A DNA stretch of 64,000 nucleotides from Spizellomyces punctatus DAOM BR117. Taxonomy: Eukaryota. Below are positions 59,970 through 64,000 of this stretch, in pieces. The stretch lies in NCBI GenBank assembly GCA_000182565.2, contig KQ257460.1. One strand, 5' to 3'. The notes under the pieces were generated by a model, which was given only the letters and a program-made list of their open reading frames with translations, did not search any database and was not told the DNA's origin. Position 1 is the stretch's first letter. Each line of letters opens with the position of its first letter. Both the position numbers and the translations under genes were made by a program.

Positions 59970-61526
59970 TCAAATTGCCTTTCCGACAAACACTTCTTCA
60001 ATAACTTCACCCGCAGCATCTTTTTTCACAAGCTTCCATTCACCTCGTCCATCATCCCACAGGTAGCAACTTGAACAATGACGGCGTTTATTCACTTTAG
60101 ATTTCGCAGACGGCTCTTTCAGAACTGCTGGTTCTTCCGGCCTTGTCCGCTTCCAGTCCGCATCAGTCACGTCCTGCGTCATCTGAAGATGGTCGTGTTG
60201 AGATGGTCCATTTTTTAACTGAGGTCGATGATTCTTGCTTGGCTCTCTCTGATCCGATTCCACTTTTGGTTGACCGGTGTTCTGAGGCTTTATGTCGAGT
60301 GATTCTACTTTCGGCGAATCTCTATTTTGGGGCTCCTTGCTAGCTATTGTCTTACTAATTTGAAGCATTGGATTTCGACTCGACATCTTTGTTAGATTCT
60401 GATATTGAGCAGGGATGGCAGGTACAGGTGGCAGGTTATCTGCTGCCTCAATGCTGGACATAAAATCCATCTGAAGATCTCTTTCGGACGCTGGACGCCA
60501 GGACCGGCTGTCAAGTGATTTGACGGTTCTGCACGTCACGGCGGTTGTATGGCTCTTGATGCTTTGTGTGCGGCTTTTTACTGTTTCTCGGCGGCACAGA
60601 GTGGGCCGCGCTTTCAGTGTAGCTGGTGTGGTGTAATGTGATTTGATTGAAGGAGTTGGGGTGTTTGGGCGAGAAGTGAATCCGGCGTCCACCAGTCGTT
60701 GGCTCAAGTATGGATCTAAAGGCAATAGTTCGTCACTCGTATTGGCCTCAGACTGAGATCGCGGGGTTATAACACCGGTCCCAAAAGGACATGGTCCTGC
60801 GCCCGTTATTATATCCGATCGACATCTCCTGGCTCCTTTAGCTTCGACCTTTCCGCCAACATCTACTTTCTGCGTTTGCTTATGCGAGTTTGTTTTGGAT
60901 CGCTCAATCTTGTGCCTGTTCACTGCCTGCTGCTTACGTCGCTTCTCCCGTAGCTTCTTTCGAGCAGAACTATTACCAGGAATAAACCACGTACTAACCC
61001 TCCGAAAGACGCGCACGACGGTTGGTTGAGGATGAAGAGAAACCCATTGATATCGGGGCGGAAGCGGAAGAGGATCCGGTGAAGCTGTACTAATATATGA
61101 TTCATCAATGAGATCATCAGAGGTGTATTTCGGTGCTTGGGGCGCCGTAGGAGATGCTTGATGCGGAATTGGAAGACGAGGGAGGCATTTGTCAAAGTCC
61201 TGGAAGCTATCATCTGGCTGAATCAGATCATAAACGGTGATTTCGACCGCACTGGTACGTCTTTTATGACCATTTCGTTCATTTTCTCCCGCCGAATCGC
61301 CCTGTTGCCTCCTTTGGCCTAGCAAGGAACAATCATTTGCGGGCTGCCTGTCTGATTTACACCAGAACCACCTTTTCTCACTCTCAATGTGATCCTTTTT
61401 CCGTTTGCGTTCTGACGTTACAGTATCGGACGGAAGGGAATTCTTTGCATCAGCTTCGTGGTATTCGCCGTGAAAAGGACTAGCCTGAGGCCGTCTTGAC
61501 GCGCGTTTCCAGAATCGAAACTGCAT
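59970..61526 (-). CDS. Hypothetical basic low-complexity protein (518 aa)
   Basis: Long uninterrupted ATG-initiated ORF with no recognisable domain. Confidence 0.6.
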   Translation of the reverse strand: MQFRFWKRASRRPQASPFHGEYHEADAKNSLPSDTVTSERKRKKDHIESEKRWFWCKSDRQPANDCSLLGQRRQQGDSAGENERNGHKRRTSAVEITVYDLIQPDDSFQDFDKCLPRLPIPHQASPTAPQAPKYTSDDLIDESYISTASPDPLPLPPRYQWVSLHPQPTVVRVFRRVSTWFIPGNSSARKKLREKRRKQQAVNRHKIERSKTNSHKQTQKVDVGGKVEAKGARRCRSDIITGAGPCPFGTGVITPRSQSEANTSDELLPLDPYLSQRLVDAGFTSRPNTPTPSIKSHYTTPATLKARPTLCRRETVKSRTQSIKSHTTAVTCRTVKSLDSRSWRPASERDLQMDFMSSIEAADNLPPVPAIPAQYQNLTKMSSRNPMLQISKTIASKEPQNRDSPKVESLDIKPQNTGQPKVESDQREPSKNHRPQLKNGPSQHDHLQMTQDVTDADWKRTRPEEPAVLKEPSAKSKVNKRRHCSSCYLWDDGRGEWKLVKKDAAGEVIEEVFVGKAI

Positions 61527-62380
61527 GTCAAAATGTCTTCTTTATGGTGTTTTTTGCGATTGATCGTTGTGAGTACACAGGTGGCCTGCTTGAAAAAGAA
61601 CGAGATATCAGCAAGATGTTACGCCCAGGACATCGATTGTTCCCGCCTTCTTGTCATTGTGTTGGGACGTCAAACATAGCACTGTCAATTTATGTTGCGG
61701 GTTTTAGACAGTCTCGCCATACCTTTTCCTCACACCACCACGAGCGGGTCGCAAGAATAAACTTTGTCCTTGAGTGGTCAAGTATACTGCTGGGAACAGA
61801 AATCCTCGATAGGTCCTGCTCTTTTCATCAGTAGAGCCTGATATCGGATATGCGCAGTCATTTTGCGCGGGCAGAGTGACAGTCCTTGCACGCGTACAGT
61901 AGCTTCTGTTCTTCCACGCGTTCGGACGCTTCTGTCCACACAGAAGCATTCAGGTCGCTTAACCCTTCGCATGAGACCGTTTAGGGAATATTATTGCATT
62001 GGACATGACACTGTCATCAATGGATTCGATGGCGAATAAAGCTTGACTTTCTATAGTTGTACTTTCTATAAAATTTATATGCATCTAGGTTATGTCCAGT
62101 AGGTTGTCCAACCTTTGTATTCCGTCTGAAAGCACAGCAGAATAATCTCACGTGAAAGAGCGGCCATTATCATGTGCTTGTCCATCCAACAGGAGGCAAT
62201 CTCGATTTGGGTTTCTTGCTTCTTCATGCAATGACCCAAAGAGTTCATTTTGACAGGATCCTAGTACTGGCAAGAGATTGCGGGACGGCGGTTCGTTCTC
62301 TGCTCACGGAAAGTCGTAGTACACCCACTGCTCATGCAACTGAGAGGAGGGAACCCAAACAGTCTTTGCTATTAATTTTG

Positions 62381-63349
62381 CTATATTATAAAGGGACATT
62401 TCCATCTTTTCACGTCTGCGTCCCTCAAAAGATCCTGAATAGGTAGGCGACCTTCGGCCTCCCATCGTTTTATGATCTCTTCTGCAGCGGGCGCCAGTAG
62501 ATCTCTGTGCATCACCTCTCCATTTCCATACACCGTCATTCCAACAACTCCGTCCGCCAAATGCTGAGCTACAAACTGCACCAGTTCTTCTTCATTGTAC
62601 TTTGAGGTAGCATAATAAACTCTATCTCCTTCTCTCTTTCTACCACACGCGGCAAGAAAATATTGCAGTGCCATGTTATCTTCCTGAGGCATATGTTCAC
62701 CGGTCACAACGATGTGGAGATTCTTCGATGCGCCAATGTCTGCAATGATTTCGTGGAGCTTGTGATCGAGAGCTTCGAGGCACGAGAGGGTTGCTTCATA
62801 CATGTTGGACATGAAAGCAGAGCGAAGACGGCGGAAAAACGACGATAAATCGGTTTGAGGAAGCTGCTTATCCGTGGCGGGATTGTGGGATGTGTAAGTA
62901 TGGATAAGCTTGATCGTCTGATCCACCATGCTGAGATTTCGCTGGCGCTGCTCCTGTGTAAAGCTGTACTCCTCTTTAACAATGGCCTCTTTGACCGCCA
63001 CCGCTTTGGTTTCCAGTTCTTTGAGCTTTTTCTGACTTGTTTCCAAGTCTGTGTGGCCGGCCACAACGGCTAATACTGCTAGTGGAAGATGACACAGAGA
63101 CTTCAAGCGATGGAACAAAGGGACGTTAAAAGAATACATTTTCCGAGATAATTCCGAAAATGGGACCGCACGGTTTACGGTTGACTTTGCATTATCGTGG
63201 AAAAGCAACTTCAAGTCTGACCCGGTCAGGATGAGAATCGAGTTCTTTTCCCAATCGATTGATCGTGCCTTTAGCGCGGCGTAATGCGACATGAAAGCGT
63301 CGTCCACGTCCCTGAGTGGATCTGCTGAGGTGCTACTACCGATGCCCAT
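62381..63349 (-). CDS. Hypothetical protein resembling an uncharacterised bacterial family
   Basis: Intronless ORF starting MGIGSS, with FHRLKSLCHLPL, VVTGEHMPQEDNMALQYF, RVYYA and MHRDLL motifs. Confidence 0.65.
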   Translation of the reverse strand: MGIGSSTSADPLRDVDDAFMSHYAALKARSIDWEKNSILILTGSDLKLLFHDNAKSTVNRAVPFSELSRKMYSFNVPLFHRLKSLCHLPLAVLAVVAGHTDLETSQKKLKELETKAVAVKEAIVKEEYSFTQEQRQRNLSMVDQTIKLIHTYTSHNPATDKQLPQTDLSSFFRRLRSAFMSNMYEATLSCLEALDHKLHEIIADIGASKNLHIVVTGEHMPQEDNMALQYFLAACGRKREGDRVYYATSKYNEEELVQFVAQHLADGVVGMTVYGNGEVMHRDLLAPAAEEIIKRWEAEGRLPIQDLLRDADVKRWKCPFII

Positions 63350-63632
63350 CCAAGATCTCTTGATTTTGTAAATGGTTTCCCTTAAGTGTTTCAACTAGTG
63401 TGTTCTACTTGTACTGATACGTTGGGCCTGGATAATGATGATGTCAGGTTACCAAAGCCAGCTGCGCCATGACCACGACGTGGCCGCTGGCGACTATAAA
63501 CTCGTCGTCATGTCACATTTCCGAAATTAAAGACTGCACGCTAATACCATGGCCCCTATCAGCATTCTGGAAAGAGGTGAATGGCCCTGCTGCTCTGCAA
63601 GTTCCTTACTTGTCCAAGTACTGAACCAGTAG

Positions 63633-64000
63633 ATCCGGCTTTTGCACAACAATGCAGATCGTTTTTCCACACTTCCCCAAGAACTTTCTATTCAGATTAT
63701 CAAGTTCTTAAGCTGCTCAGATGTAGGGAGACTAGCCCAGGTAATTTTTGAAACTTTTGGGCGTTATGATCTCTCCCCTTAGCTAACGGTACCTAGACAA
63801 GTCGTCATTTCTCGGTTGTAACTCGTGATGAATACTTATGGAATTTGATGACTGCATGGCGATTCGGGAAGGTGGCTGCCACTATAATTTGTGCACGTTG
63901 TCAACCTGCTTTTGCTAAGATTGAATGTGTCCATCGGCCGACTCTTAGGACGCTCTGTCTGCTCAAGGACCCATACACAGCCCTAAGGAGTTGTACCAAA
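63633..64000 (+). CDS. F-box protein (partial, runs off window)
   Basis: FSTLPQELSIQIIKFLSCSDVGRLAQ|TSRHFSVVTRDEYLW across an intron starting at 63741. Start exon not resolved. Confidence 0.7.

Overview
Intron-containing, gene-dense fungal DNA. It is most likely a chytrid (Spizellomyces or a close relative), judged from a near-SpuFz1 Fanzor plus CEP57/EML/MCU/velvet genes. The centrepiece is a nested mobile locus at 13.7-24.9 kb. It is a TIR-bounded, CATA-targeting element carrying a Fanzor1 (eukaryotic TnpB-like RNA-guided nuclease) and its omegaRNA at the right end. A full-length 8.9 kb chromodomain Ty3/gypsy LTR retrotransposon sits inside it, 46 bp upstream of the Fanzor ATG. This Fanzor copy has one premature stop, and its native guide resembles the element's own left end. 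The retrotransposon has unexplained extra domains, a tRNA-Ala-type PBS, clustered LTR differences and no clear TSD. The rest of the window holds housekeeping genes (SFP1, SNRNP70, RPL7 with an intronic C/D snoRNA, ABCG, CEP57/Ppc89, velvet, arfaptin-like, SPF27, CBF1, PIP kinase, EML, MCU), three tRNAs, two bacterial-looking genes and several unknowns. All calls are by eye, and exon boundaries are approximate.
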